A stretch of DNA of 64,000 nt from an uncultured euryarchaeote (GTDB taxonomy: Archaea; Thermoplasmatota; Poseidoniia; Poseidoniales; Thalassarchaeaceae). Position 1 is the stretch's first letter. Every line of letters starts with the position of its first letter. Both the position numbers and the translations under genes were made by a program. The stretch is from assembly GCA_937911265.1 (NCBI GenBank), contig CALDRG010000064.1, positions 8,350 to 72,349 of the forward strand, given 5' to 3'. Below, in pieces: positions 27,476 through 36,311 of this stretch. The notes beneath the pieces are model-generated. The model saw only the letters and a program-made list of their open reading frames with translations, searched no databases and was not told where the DNA came from.

Positions 27476-29287
27476 ATGAGAGAGCTCGCTGCTCGAGCAA
27501 TGATGGGAGAGGCAGTTTCTCTACTTGACCTACCTCCCCTCAGGGGAAATCCCTTCGAACTCAGACCAATCGAGTCGACGCGAGCCCAGGACATAGTCGG
27601 GCGCGATTCACTGATGACCCGCTTGAGAGAGCATATCATATCCGAATCTCCGAGGATGGTGCTCTTAGTTGGGGGACGAGGCAGCGGTAGAACCTCTCTG
27701 GTAAACGCCCTGTCTTCTCAGGTCAGTAAGAAGTTCGTCGGCCAGTTCTGGCCTCGGGACGAGGCCGTCAGCTCCGTGATGAATGAGATCGCTGTCCATT
27801 TCATCGGTCACGAAGTTCCTCCGTCCACTGGGCAGATGTGTGAGCGCCTGATTGAAACGCTCGAGCAGAGTACAGGACCACTCTCCCTAATTGCCCTTGA
27901 TTACCCCTCAAATACCCCTATGAATGACTTCCTAGCGCGCATGACGCCACTGTTGCAGAGGCTCAAGGCACTGGTTCTGGTGACGCTGACACCGGCACAA
28001 CTGACCTCCTTGGACGAAGAGGTGCTCGATGTGTTCGATTCCCCCGAGCATCTTGATGGCCTATCGGAGAGTCAGATTCAGAAGTTGGCCGACAATCTCG
28101 TGCGCAGGAAGGCCCGTGAGCGCTGGATCATCAACCCCGATATCTTGACTGCCATCCACGATAGCACAGCAGGAAATCCACGCGAGGTGGTGCGCTTGTG
28201 CCGGGCGCTCATTGATGAAAGGCGAGGTGTCGGCTCCGAGGGTACACTCGAGAGGCTGGTCGGATGGCAGAGGATCGTGCAGGAAGAGGACGAAGATCCT
28301 CCAGAGGCACACTCCTCCCTCACCGAGTTAGAATCAGAACCCGTTCCCGAGTCAGTCGAAGATGGTGAGGACTGGGACGTCGAGCCCGATGACCTGTGGG
28401 AGGATGAATCCGAACCCGAAGGCCAATCCGAAGAGTTCGATTGGGACAAGGAACTCCCTGAACCAGACGATATCTGGGACGATGGGCCCGTGCCCGTGCC
28501 CGTGCCCGAGCCCGAGCCCGAGTCGCAGTCGCCCCCTCCAGAGGAGAACCAGGAGACGCTGGATTCCTTCCTCTTCGCCGAAGAGGGCACTGAACATCTG
28601 GTACAGCCTCGTCACGCCGGCGGACTCAGTGGCTTAGCCGACAGATCACAGAGAATCAGCGCAGCCATGCCCGAGGGTCTGGACGAGACTCCGATTACGG
28701 TCGCCGAGAATCGGCCGCAATTGACACCGGCTCCTATCAGGCCACCTCCTAGGCCGAATCCCGAACCTGCATTCGTTACCGACGCCAAGCCAGACACCTC
28801 GGTGCTACCCACTCAGGACCAACCGGTGATGGCTGCCGAGGGTGCCCTTTGGACTGTGGACTCTAGTCTCGGCTCATCCCTGCCTGTCTTAGATGCGGAG
28901 CCAAAGGCCAGTCCCGAACCAGTCTTCGACATCGATCACTCCCCTCCTCCTGCCGTAGTGCCGGAGCCAGTGTTTGAGGAGCCGGAACCTGCTCCTCCCC
29001 AAATCCCGATTCCCCTCGGACCAGCTTGGGATGTTGACGAGCCTCTCAACCATGCCCGAGTCGCGACAGTTTCTGATGCTGAGCGTACCGTGCTGGCAGC
29101 AGCCAAGGCACGCGAGATCTCACCTTCGGACCCGGAACTACAGGCCTTTCTCGAGGTCGGTAGACCTCGACTATCGCAGATTTTCAATGGACTGCGGAAA
29201 GCTGGCCTGCTCTCGGTCAGGAAGCAGGGCAGGACGAGACTGTTCAAACTAAGCAGAGCAGCCTCGTTGGAACTCGAGATGACATAG
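27476..29287 (+). CDS. Orc1/Cdc6-like AAA+ paralogue with degenerate Walker A, long acidic Pro-rich linker and C-terminal winged-helix-like domain
   Basis: NPFELRP...IVGRD...LLVGGRGSGRTSL (Arg in place of the Walker A Lys), Walker B-like LIALDY, sensor-2-like GNPREVVRLCRAL; about 230-aa low-complexity D/E/P linker; C-terminal LSQIFNGLRKAGLLSVRKQGRTRLFKL. Confidence 0.55.
   Translation: MRELAARAMMGEAVSLLDLPPLRGNPFELRPIESTRAQDIVGRDSLMTRLREHIISESPRMVLLVGGRGSGRTSLVNALSSQVSKKFVGQFWPRDEAVSSVMNEIAVHFIGHEVPPSTGQMCERLIETLEQSTGPLSLIALDYPSNTPMNDFLARMTPLLQRLKALVLVTLTPAQLTSLDEEVLDVFDSPEHLDGLSESQIQKLADNLVRRKARERWIINPDILTAIHDSTAGNPREVVRLCRALIDERRGVGSEGTLERLVGWQRIVQEEDEDPPEAHSSLTELESEPVPESVEDGEDWDVEPDDLWEDESEPEGQSEEFDWDKELPEPDDIWDDGPVPVPVPEPEPESQSPPPEENQETLDSFLFAEEGTEHLVQPRHAGGLSGLADRSQRISAAMPEGLDETPITVAENRPQLTPAPIRPPPRPNPEPAFVTDAKPDTSVLPTQDQPVMAAEGALWTVDSSLGSSLPVLDAEPKASPEPVFDIDHSPPPAVVPEPVFEEPEPAPPQIPIPLGPAWDVDEPLNHARVATVSDAERTVLAAAKAREISPSDPELQAFLEVGRPRLSQIFNGLRKAGLLSVRKQGRTRLFKLSRAASLELEMT
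28486..28521 (+). repeat. Tandem hexanucleotide repeat (GCCCGT x3, GCCCGA x3) encoding PVPVPVPEPEPE inside the Orc1-like gene
   Basis: Read directly from the sequence. Confidence 0.9.
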
Positions 29288-29295
29288 GTGCTCAA

Positions 29296-29586
29296 ATGTC
29301 CGGCTCAGTAGTAACCAGAGATAAGGTTGAGAGGTATCTGGCCCTGACGACTGAGGCTAGGTCGAAGGCGACCCCCTGCGCGGAAGGTGTGGAGGACGAG
29401 GCCCGATTGACCTCGATGCTGAGGATGTGCGATGACTACGCCGCTGATGCCAGGCATTTCATGGAGTCCGATGATTTGGTTCGCGCCTTCGGGGCCATCA
29501 ACTACTCGCACGCTTGGTTGGATGCCGCCGTTAGAATCGGTCTACTGGACGGCCATGGAGATGACCGGTTGTTCACGCTGCCCTAG
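29296..29586 (+). CDS. Small conserved hypothetical protein
   Basis: 96-aa helical ORF with good coding character directly after the Orc1-like gene; no family assignable. Confidence 0.4.
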   Translation: MSGSVVTRDKVERYLALTTEARSKATPCAEGVEDEARLTSMLRMCDDYAADARHFMESDDLVRAFGAINYSHAWLDAAVRIGLLDGHGDDRLFTLP

Positions 29587-29951
29587 GTCTCGACCAGCCT
29601 GAGGAACCGGCCCGATGCGACTTCGATGTAGGATCCTCCAGAGGATATCAATCTCTCCTTAAGGTCCCGGTCGACTGTCAGTACCGGCCATCTTCTCGAA
29701 CCAGAGAGAGTTACCAGCATCTCGTCCGGATGAGACATCCCATCAAGGTCGAGAACTCTCTCGGAACGGCTCTCGAGCAAACTGAGGAGGAGTCCCTTCC
29801 TCTGTTGCGACAACAGATCTAATTCGCGATGCACACTTTCGAGCACCATGAGTTCGGCTTGGCCAACCACTCCCTTCATCGCATCGTCGATATTCAACTT
29901 TGCATCCATCAGTGCGGCCCAGCCGCATGCGTCTACGAGGACGCCGACCAT
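29583..29951 (-). CDS. PIN-domain protein (VapC/Nob1-like nuclease fold)
   Basis: MVGVLVDACGWAALMD ... E ... TVDRDL acidic-residue pattern of a PIN domain; conserved position upstream of aIF2-gamma; start taken at the internal Met to avoid an 86-nt overlap. Confidence 0.5.
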   Translation of the reverse strand: MVGVLVDACGWAALMDAKLNIDDAMKGVVGQAELMVLESVHRELDLLSQQRKGLLLSLLESRSERVLDLDGMSHPDEMLVTLSGSRRWPVLTVDRDLKERLISSGGSYIEVASGRFLRLVET

Positions 29952-29955
29952 CCAA

Positions 29956-31263
29956 TCACCCTGCAATCGAGCCGTGGCCGATGAGCCGCCAGCGCGAGCC
30001 GATGCGACGGGACAGCGTGATTCGACTACCTGACTTGGCACAAATTGGCAACCTCAGTTGCAACGTCGCCGATCGACCTTTGATCGATGAGACTGTTCCG
30101 ACGCTGGTGGCGGTGGCAGAGTTCACCATAAGCATCTCATTGGGCTGCAGCGGGCGAACCGATTTGGCATCCCCTTCTCCGGCCGAGGCCATGTTCTCAA
30201 GCAGATCGAGATCGAGATCTAGGGCCTCCCATATTGGTGGCAGTTCACCCTCGCGAGCCATGACCTGTCCAGAGAGCTCATCGGCCTTGGTGGAGACAGG
30301 GTCCATCGGAGTAGCGATGCCGCACAATCCTCCTGCGTGAACGGATTGCAGGTCAAGCCCACCTCCCTTGACACTCTGAATGGTAGTTCGAATTGGCTCC
30401 CAAGTCGTCTTTCCGCCTGTTTGCACCCTGCGGCCAGGGGCTATCAATATCGAATCTCCCACGCTGAAGGAACCCTCGACGATGCTGCCGCCGATGATTC
30501 CGCCCTGCAGTTTCTCAGGGCGCGAGCCCGGACGATTCGTGTCGAACGAGCGAGCGACGTACATCAGACCTGACTCACCAGAGGGCCTGTCTGGAGTGGG
30601 AATGACGTCTTCGATGGCCTGTATCAAGACGTCTAGGTTGACGTCGTGGTGGGCCGAGACCGGGATGATTGGAGCAGACTCGGCTATCGTGCCCTTCAGG
30701 AAGTCTCTAATCTCCTCGTGGGATTCGACAGCCCTCTCTCGACTCACTATGTCGATCTTGTTCTGTACCACTACTATGTTCTCTATTCCTGCTATCTGCA
30801 ATGCGGCCAGATGTTCACGGGTCTGAGGCTGCGGGCACTTCTCAGTAGCAGAAATGAGTAGCATCGCCCCATCCATAATCGAGGAGCCTGAAATCATCAC
30901 AGCCATCAGGGTCTCGTGACCCGGGGCGTCAACAAACGAGACCACACGTAGAAGCTCGCCATCCGAGTCCTCGTTGCCATCAGGGTGCTTACCTCTAGCG
31001 TAGTACCTACCGTCAGAGGTCCTGTAGAACGCTGTGTCGGCGTAGCCTAACTTGATGCTGATGCCGCGCTTCATTTCCTCCGAGTGGGTATCGGTCCAGA
31101 CTCCGGAGAGCGCTTGAGTGAGAGTGGTCTTACCGTGATCGACGTGACCGACCATGCCGATGTTGACTACAGGTTGACTGGGAAGACTCTGAACCAGTTT
31201 AATTCCCCCTGCCAACTCACTCCTCTTCTCCAGAGGGCTCCTCGACAGGTGCGGCCTCCTCAA
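29956..31263 (-). CDS. eif2g: Translation initiation factor 2 subunit gamma
   Basis: G1 motif NIGMVGHVDHGKTTL, Zn-knuckle region, EF-Tu-like domains II and III; N-terminal 30 aa of the ORF are probably not translated. Confidence 0.9.
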   Translation of the reverse strand: MRRPHLSRSPLEKRSELAGGIKLVQSLPSQPVVNIGMVGHVDHGKTTLTQALSGVWTDTHSEEMKRGISIKLGYADTAFYRTSDGRYYARGKHPDGNEDSDGELLRVVSFVDAPGHETLMAVMISGSSIMDGAMLLISATEKCPQPQTREHLAALQIAGIENIVVVQNKIDIVSRERAVESHEEIRDFLKGTIAESAPIIPVSAHHDVNLDVLIQAIEDVIPTPDRPSGESGLMYVARSFDTNRPGSRPEKLQGGIIGGSIVEGSFSVGDSILIAPGRRVQTGGKTTWEPIRTTIQSVKGGGLDLQSVHAGGLCGIATPMDPVSTKADELSGQVMAREGELPPIWEALDLDLDLLENMASAGEGDAKSVRPLQPNEMLMVNSATATSVGTVSSIKGRSATLQLRLPICAKSGSRITLSRRIGSRWRLIGHGSIAG

Positions 31264-31714
31264 CGAGGCCGAAGATGGCGTCGAGGGAGCGATTGCCCGC
31301 CTCGGTGATCTTCAGGTTAATCTGGCGGGTGTCCTGGCCGATTACGTTGCCTCGCAGCTTACGTCGCCTTCTGAGGCCGTCGTACTTGTATCGATACACC
31401 TTACCTCTCTTCTTGACATAGCGCTTGCCCTTGTAACCGATTCCCGCAGTGATGAGGACTGACTTGATGCCGACGCCGTCCAGTTCTGGCCTCATAGGGC
31501 GCCCCGTCAGATCGGAGCCACCAGTGATCTCCAGTTTGTATCCAGATAGGGATTTGTCACCCTCTCCGATGAACATACCGTCCACCGAATCCCCGATTTT
31601 CTTACCTAGGAAGTGGTTGTAGTTTGAGCCCGTAATCTCGATACCGAAGGCCCGGCCACTCGATGTGGGATTGGTATCGTTAATCACCGCTTTGAATGCC
31701 TGCTCCGCTGCCAT
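31217..31714 (-). CDS. rps6e: 30S ribosomal protein S6e
   Basis: GFPMKQGVLT-like core (GYKLEITGGSDLTGRPMRPELDG), basic C-terminus; conserved eif2g-rps6e adjacency. Confidence 0.85.
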   Translation of the reverse strand: MAAEQAFKAVINDTNPTSSGRAFGIEITGSNYNHFLGKKIGDSVDGMFIGEGDKSLSGYKLEITGGSDLTGRPMRPELDGVGIKSVLITAGIGYKGKRYVKKRGKVYRYKYDGLRRRRKLRGNVIGQDTRQINLKITEAGNRSLDAIFGLVEEAAPVEEPSGEEE

Positions 31715-31789
31715 CTCATCACCTCGGACGGCCTCCCGACTAAAGGCCCCTATAAGAGCGGTTCGGAAGCGCCATAGGCGCTTGCTGAA

Positions 31790-32992
31790 TCAACTGATTT
31801 CCTTCTCAATTCGACTCTCCAGAGCCGCAGGTGCGGTATTGGTCATGGTGATGTGCTGCGTCCTCCCCCTACCCACCGTCGCGTTCGCAGTCCGCGACTC
31901 AATCAGCCCCAATGTCTCGAGCTCCTTGAGGTGCTTCCAGAAGGTGGTGTAACTGCGGGGTTTGTCCCCGTTCTCCTCGCAGACTAGATTGTACAACTTC
32001 TGGGCATCACCGCTGGAGATCTCGTCCACCCTCTTGAGGCGCCTGCAGATACCGAGGAGGACCAGTTTCTGATGCTTGCCCAGATTGTCGACCTGACTTG
32101 GTTCGACCGAAGCACCCCGTAAGGTGCTGGGTCGTACATCCTCGATTAAGACGTCTCCTCTGCCATCCATCTCGGCGCGTCGAATTGCTGCTTCCAGCAG
32201 TTCGATGGCGAGACGCGCGTCACCTGTCTCAGCGGCGAACCTACCGATCTTGGACAGAGTGTCATCGCCCACCGATCCCGGTTTGCAGGCCTCCTCGTAG
32301 CGCTGCCTAGCGATACCCGTGAGCGCGCGCTCGTCGTATCCGCCCAGCGCCATCATGCTGCTCTCGCCGAGCCGAGAGATAATGGCTGGTTCGAACAACC
32401 TGATTAGGGAAACATCTTGACTCACCAGTATCATCGAGAGCGAGCCCTGCTGGTCCTGACCCTCATCGATTCGGAGCAGTTTGTAGATTAGGTCGCCCTT
32501 GTCGTTGCGAATTAGCACATCTACTTCGTCGAGGGTTAGCAGGAGATGGGTCTTGTGTACCTTGAGGTTACGACGAATAGATTGGATGATCTCGCTCGAG
32601 CTGAAGCCCCGTTCTGGGTGTCCAGAGTCGAGTGAGCGAGCAATCTCCTGCAACACCTGTGAGGCAGTTGGGTGGTTGCGGCAGTTGACATGAGCGAGAA
32701 CTATCTTCCTGCGTCCGTCCAGCATTCGCTGAAGATCTTCTCCGAAGCGACGTGTCATCACCGTCTTGCCCGAACCTACTGGTCCTGTAATGACTGCCCT
32801 GCCACTGACTCCGTCCCCTTCCATTCCACTGAACATCGAAGCGAGCTCACCGAGTTCCTCATCGCGACCGACCAATGCAGGCGGCGTCCAATCGAACGAG
32901 AAAAACATCCCGTTCAGCAGGACCTTGCCCGCTCCTATTCTGTCTAGGTAGTCGACCATTATGTGACTCGTGCTCACATCGTTATTAGACAT
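31790..32992 (-). CDS. cdc6: Orc1/Cdc6 replication initiator
   Basis: LVGRDEEL, Walker A GPVGSGKT, Walker B LTLDEVD, sensor-2 GDARLAIELL, C-terminal winged helix. Confidence 0.9.
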   Translation of the reverse strand: MSNNDVSTSHIMVDYLDRIGAGKVLLNGMFFSFDWTPPALVGRDEELGELASMFSGMEGDGVSGRAVITGPVGSGKTVMTRRFGEDLQRMLDGRRKIVLAHVNCRNHPTASQVLQEIARSLDSGHPERGFSSSEIIQSIRRNLKVHKTHLLLTLDEVDVLIRNDKGDLIYKLLRIDEGQDQQGSLSMILVSQDVSLIRLFEPAIISRLGESSMMALGGYDERALTGIARQRYEEACKPGSVGDDTLSKIGRFAAETGDARLAIELLEAAIRRAEMDGRGDVLIEDVRPSTLRGASVEPSQVDNLGKHQKLVLLGICRRLKRVDEISSGDAQKLYNLVCEENGDKPRSYTTFWKHLKELETLGLIESRTANATVGRGRTQHITMTNTAPAALESRIEKEIS

Positions 32993-33040
32993 ATTTGGAG
33001 CAGCGCGCGCACATATGCCTGTCTGCAGTGTGCACGTGAG

Positions 33041-34150
33041 TCAGGGTATCTCGTCGAACTGGTAACCTGTCTCCCACTTCTTCTCTCCAAGTGCAACTTC
33101 GAGCTCGTACGGGGTGATGAGCGGCTTGGCATACCTTACGGAATCGTCGATTGCTATTCGAGGGCAGGCGGTGTTGACGTAGGCATCGACCGGGTAGAAG
33201 TCGATGAGGTCTGGGCTTATGTGATCCAGTGCCAGCAGGTATCCCTTGCGCCCGTGCTTCTCAAGTAGGCGCTTCATGCGTATTGCGAGGCTACGACGCA
33301 TTTGGCCCGGCTTCTCGCCAATCAGGATACCGAACGTCTGGGCATCGTCGACCGAGTTTATCAGACCGAAGCGCTGGCGCAGAATCCTCTCGATGCGTTC
33401 CAGGGACATCTCGGTGGCATCCCCTGAGTAAGGGTCGAGCATCGCCAGCGGCTTGCCAGTATGCAGCACTAGGCCGATGGGATGGAAATCGCCCGAGCCG
33501 AGGAACATGTAGTGCCCTATCGACGGGTCGTCGCCTGAGTAGTTGCAGCCGAGTACTTGGCCGGGAAAGGTCAACCTGTCACCGCCGACAGGTATCTCTA
33601 CGTCGAAGCCCGCCATCTCAAGTCTACTCTTGAAATCCTCAAGCAGATGGAGGTGCTGTATGGAGCCCACTAGGCCGAGCCTCGCTCCAGTCAGAGGGGC
33701 AACCCTTCCAACCGCATCGAGAAAACGCTCCTTGGCAGTTTCTTCGTCAATATCGGCCTCCTCGCCGACCGACTCCAGTCGCGACTGAGCGATTGCGCGA
33801 TGACTCTCGAGTAGAGGCAGGACTGCTGCCAACTCGGGGTCGCCATCGTAGGTGACTGGGATGAAGTGAGTTGGCATCCCTGAGTCGATGTTCATCTGAC
33901 TGTGGCCCATGTGTGCGACCAGCTCGACCCCCATCATCTTCATCTTGTCATGAACTAGGTCGCACGCTCCGTAGCACGGGTCGGCAGCCAGGATGACCTT
34001 AGCATCGGACCCGTCCTCAATTGAGTCCATCATCTCCAGAGCCTGCATTTTCAGTCCCTCGGGAACCTGTAGCGCGACAAGTCGGTTATCGTTAGCCCTA
34101 ATCCTCTCGACTAAATCGTCGAGCTCGAAATCGTGTCTGTCCAAGTCCAT
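33041..34150 (-). CDS. dph2: 2-(3-amino-3-carboxypropyl)histidine synthase (diphthamide synthesis, Dph2)
   Basis: RLVALQVPEGLK N-terminal motif and three conserved Cys contexts (DPCYGACD, GCNYSG, NTACPRI) of the radical-SAM-like Dph2. Confidence 0.75.
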   Translation of the reverse strand: MDLDRHDFELDDLVERIRANDNRLVALQVPEGLKMQALEMMDSIEDGSDAKVILAADPCYGACDLVHDKMKMMGVELVAHMGHSQMNIDSGMPTHFIPVTYDGDPELAAVLPLLESHRAIAQSRLESVGEEADIDEETAKERFLDAVGRVAPLTGARLGLVGSIQHLHLLEDFKSRLEMAGFDVEIPVGGDRLTFPGQVLGCNYSGDDPSIGHYMFLGSGDFHPIGLVLHTGKPLAMLDPYSGDATEMSLERIERILRQRFGLINSVDDAQTFGILIGEKPGQMRRSLAIRMKRLLEKHGRKGYLLALDHISPDLIDFYPVDAYVNTACPRIAIDDSVRYAKPLITPYELEVALGEKKWETGYQFDEIP

Positions 34151-34154
34151 GTAA

Positions 34155-34733
34155 TCACCTGAGAATCTCGACTCTGCCGTCGATTATGTCTATGCGAGCC
34201 AGAGTCCTGATTGGCCAGTCCGGTCGCTCCTTCGCGAGCCTCTCGCGTCCCTCGCCCTTCTCGATGGCGATGACTATGTCCTGCAGAATCACGCCCATCT
34301 CCTCGAGTGTTGCCAGTATCGGCTCAAGCGTGCCACCGGTTGAGATCACATCATCGACGATTAATATTCTCTCTCCTGGTTTGATGTCGTTGATGTAAGT
34401 GGTGGACTGCGAGTACCCGGTCGCAACATCGACCTGGACTTCGCCCTCCATCCCGTACTGGCGTTTGCGAATCACCACTGTCGGTTTCCCAGTGGCATCT
34501 CCTACTGCTGCTAGAAGGGGCAGCCCCATCGCCTCGATGCTGACCACGAGGTCGACCTTCGACCAGTCTACCATCTCTACGATGAGGTCGCGAGTGGCAC
34601 GCAGCACGTCTGCATCCATCCTTGGGATGCCGTCGGATATGGGGTGGATGAAGTACGGGTAATCGCCCTTCCAGATGATGGGGGAGTCACGAAGAGAATC
34701 CTGCAGCACGCTCAACGAATCCGAGGGCGACAT
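34155..34733 (-). CDS. Type I phosphoribosyltransferase (adenine/purine PRTase-like)
   Basis: PRPP-binding motif ILIVDDVISTGGTL. Confidence 0.7.
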   Translation of the reverse strand: MSPSDSLSVLQDSLRDSPIIWKGDYPYFIHPISDGIPRMDADVLRATRDLIVEMVDWSKVDLVVSIEAMGLPLLAAVGDATGKPTVVIRKRQYGMEGEVQVDVATGYSQSTTYINDIKPGERILIVDDVISTGGTLEPILATLEEMGVILQDIVIAIEKGEGRERLAKERPDWPIRTLARIDIIDGRVEILR

Positions 34734-34745
34734 GGCCCTACGCCC

Positions 34746-35285
34746 TCACACTAGGCCCTTCAAATGCTCGGCTCCCTCGACGAGCCTAATCGTACAAGGG
34801 GTCGGGAATTTGCAGCACGCCTTCCTGAGGGCGTCCCGCGCTGTGAGGTAGTGCTCTGGGTCAGTCTGAATCGAGACCAACGTCTGATCACGTTGGACGC
34901 GAGCTGCGGTACCGACGTTCTTACCGAACGACTGCCGCATTCCCAGTGAGACACGATCCGCCCCTGCACCGGTGGCCTGCTTATTCTCACGCAGGATCTG
35001 ATGAGGATAGGTGTGCATTCGAAGTGCGTATCCCATATCCCCTGCATTCTTCCTGATGGTGGCATTGGCCACCTGCCGAGCTGATTCCAGAGCCTGGTCG
35101 CGGACCTGGCACGGATTGTCGGCAGTGAGCTCGACGATGACCTTGAATTGACCTGCTTCCGCGGCCTTCCTATCGCCCATGAAGAAGCGCAGTATGCGGT
35201 TGTTCGGGACTCCTCCAGAGTACTCTCGCCGGGTGTAAGCTTGGCCCTTGATCTGGCGATACATTGATCCTGGCTTGCGTGCCAT
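34746..35285 (-). CDS. rpl10e: 50S ribosomal protein L10e (uL16)
   Basis: MARKPGSMYR...GVPNNRI...RMHTYPHQILRENK; start set at the internal Met of the ORF. Confidence 0.9.
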   Translation of the reverse strand: MARKPGSMYRQIKGQAYTRREYSGGVPNNRILRFFMGDRKAAEAGQFKVIVELTADNPCQVRDQALESARQVANATIRKNAGDMGYALRMHTYPHQILRENKQATGAGADRVSLGMRQSFGKNVGTAARVQRDQTLVSIQTDPEHYLTARDALRKACCKFPTPCTIRLVEGAEHLKGLV

Positions 35286-35353
35286 GCGACTACCTCGTTG
35301 GCGCCCCACTGACCCTCTCTATTTAACGATGAGGCAACACTGTAGGCGCCCCC

Positions 35354-36310
35354 TCAATCGGCCCTTAACCGCTCACTCTCTCTCTGGACCTCTCTGACAG
35401 CTATTACTATCAGCACAAAGCCCACGAGCATCGAGGCCCCGATGCTCTCGTCCAGCAGCGCCCATCCACTTAGGACCCCGAAAATTGGGACTAGGAAAAC
35501 ATAGGAGGCTGCTGCTGTCGGACCAATCCTGTCAATCCCTCTCGCGAACCAGACATAAGTCAGGACAGTAGAGAATAGCCCCAGATAAGCAATTGAACCC
35601 CACTCCGCCGTATTGGGACTGGGGATGCCCGAGCTCCAGATCTCAGCCAACATCCAGGGAGTGAGCATAATCCAGCCGACAATCGAGTACCAAATCACTA
35701 ATTCCTCGGTAGTTCCAATGCCATCTTCTCCGAGAGCAATCTTGGTCAGGTTGCTATTTGTCGCCCAAGCGAGGGCAGCGAGAACAATCATCGCATCTCC
35801 TAGCAGTCGATGCTCGAATGGGATGTCGGTGTTTGGGCTCCAGCCGACTACTGCACTAACTCCAACTATCCCAAGTAACAGCCCAAAGGCCATCCTTTTC
35901 GTCACTTTCTGGCCCAGCATAGGTGCCGCTAAGAGGACGGTGAAGACAGGATTGATGGGGATGATTAGGGAAGCGTCGCCGGCCGCCGTCCACTTCATAC
36001 CATGCATGAAGAGAAGTTGGTATGCCATCGTCCCGAGCAGTCCCAGCCACACAGTGTAGCGCCATGATCGTGAGTCGTGCGGCAGCATCCTCGGACCATT
36101 GCGATTCCTGTATGCCCAGCACCAAGCCACGAAGGCGATTACGGCTACCAAGTATCTCAGCCAAGCAGCGGTTGCTGGCCCAAGATTGGCCCCTGTTGAT
36201 TCATCCAGCCCGTAGCTGAGAAATCTTCCTACGGCCCAAGTTGACCCCCATATGACAGCCACTAGTAGTAGCAGAAGGTGCGTGCTCAGATTTCCCTTGA
36301 ATCGTGACAT
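35354..36310 (-). CDS. EamA/DMT-family transporter (10 TM)
   Basis: Two tandem about 140-aa 5-TM halves, typical of the drug/metabolite transporter fold. Confidence 0.7.
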   Translation of the reverse strand: MSRFKGNLSTHLLLLLVAVIWGSTWAVGRFLSYGLDESTGANLGPATAAWLRYLVAVIAFVAWCWAYRNRNGPRMLPHDSRSWRYTVWLGLLGTMAYQLLFMHGMKWTAAGDASLIIPINPVFTVLLAAPMLGQKVTKRMAFGLLLGIVGVSAVVGWSPNTDIPFEHRLLGDAMIVLAALAWATNSNLTKIALGEDGIGTTEELVIWYSIVGWIMLTPWMLAEIWSSGIPSPNTAEWGSIAYLGLFSTVLTYVWFARGIDRIGPTAAASYVFLVPIFGVLSGWALLDESIGASMLVGFVLIVIAVREVQRESERLRAD

Positions 36311-36311
36311 C

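Noticed and set aside
32993-33040. Replication origin/ORB elements next to canonical cdc6
   Set aside because: Only 48 nt upstream and 75 nt downstream of cdc6 are noncoding, with no ORB-like repeats, so an origin cannot be placed here from sequence alone.
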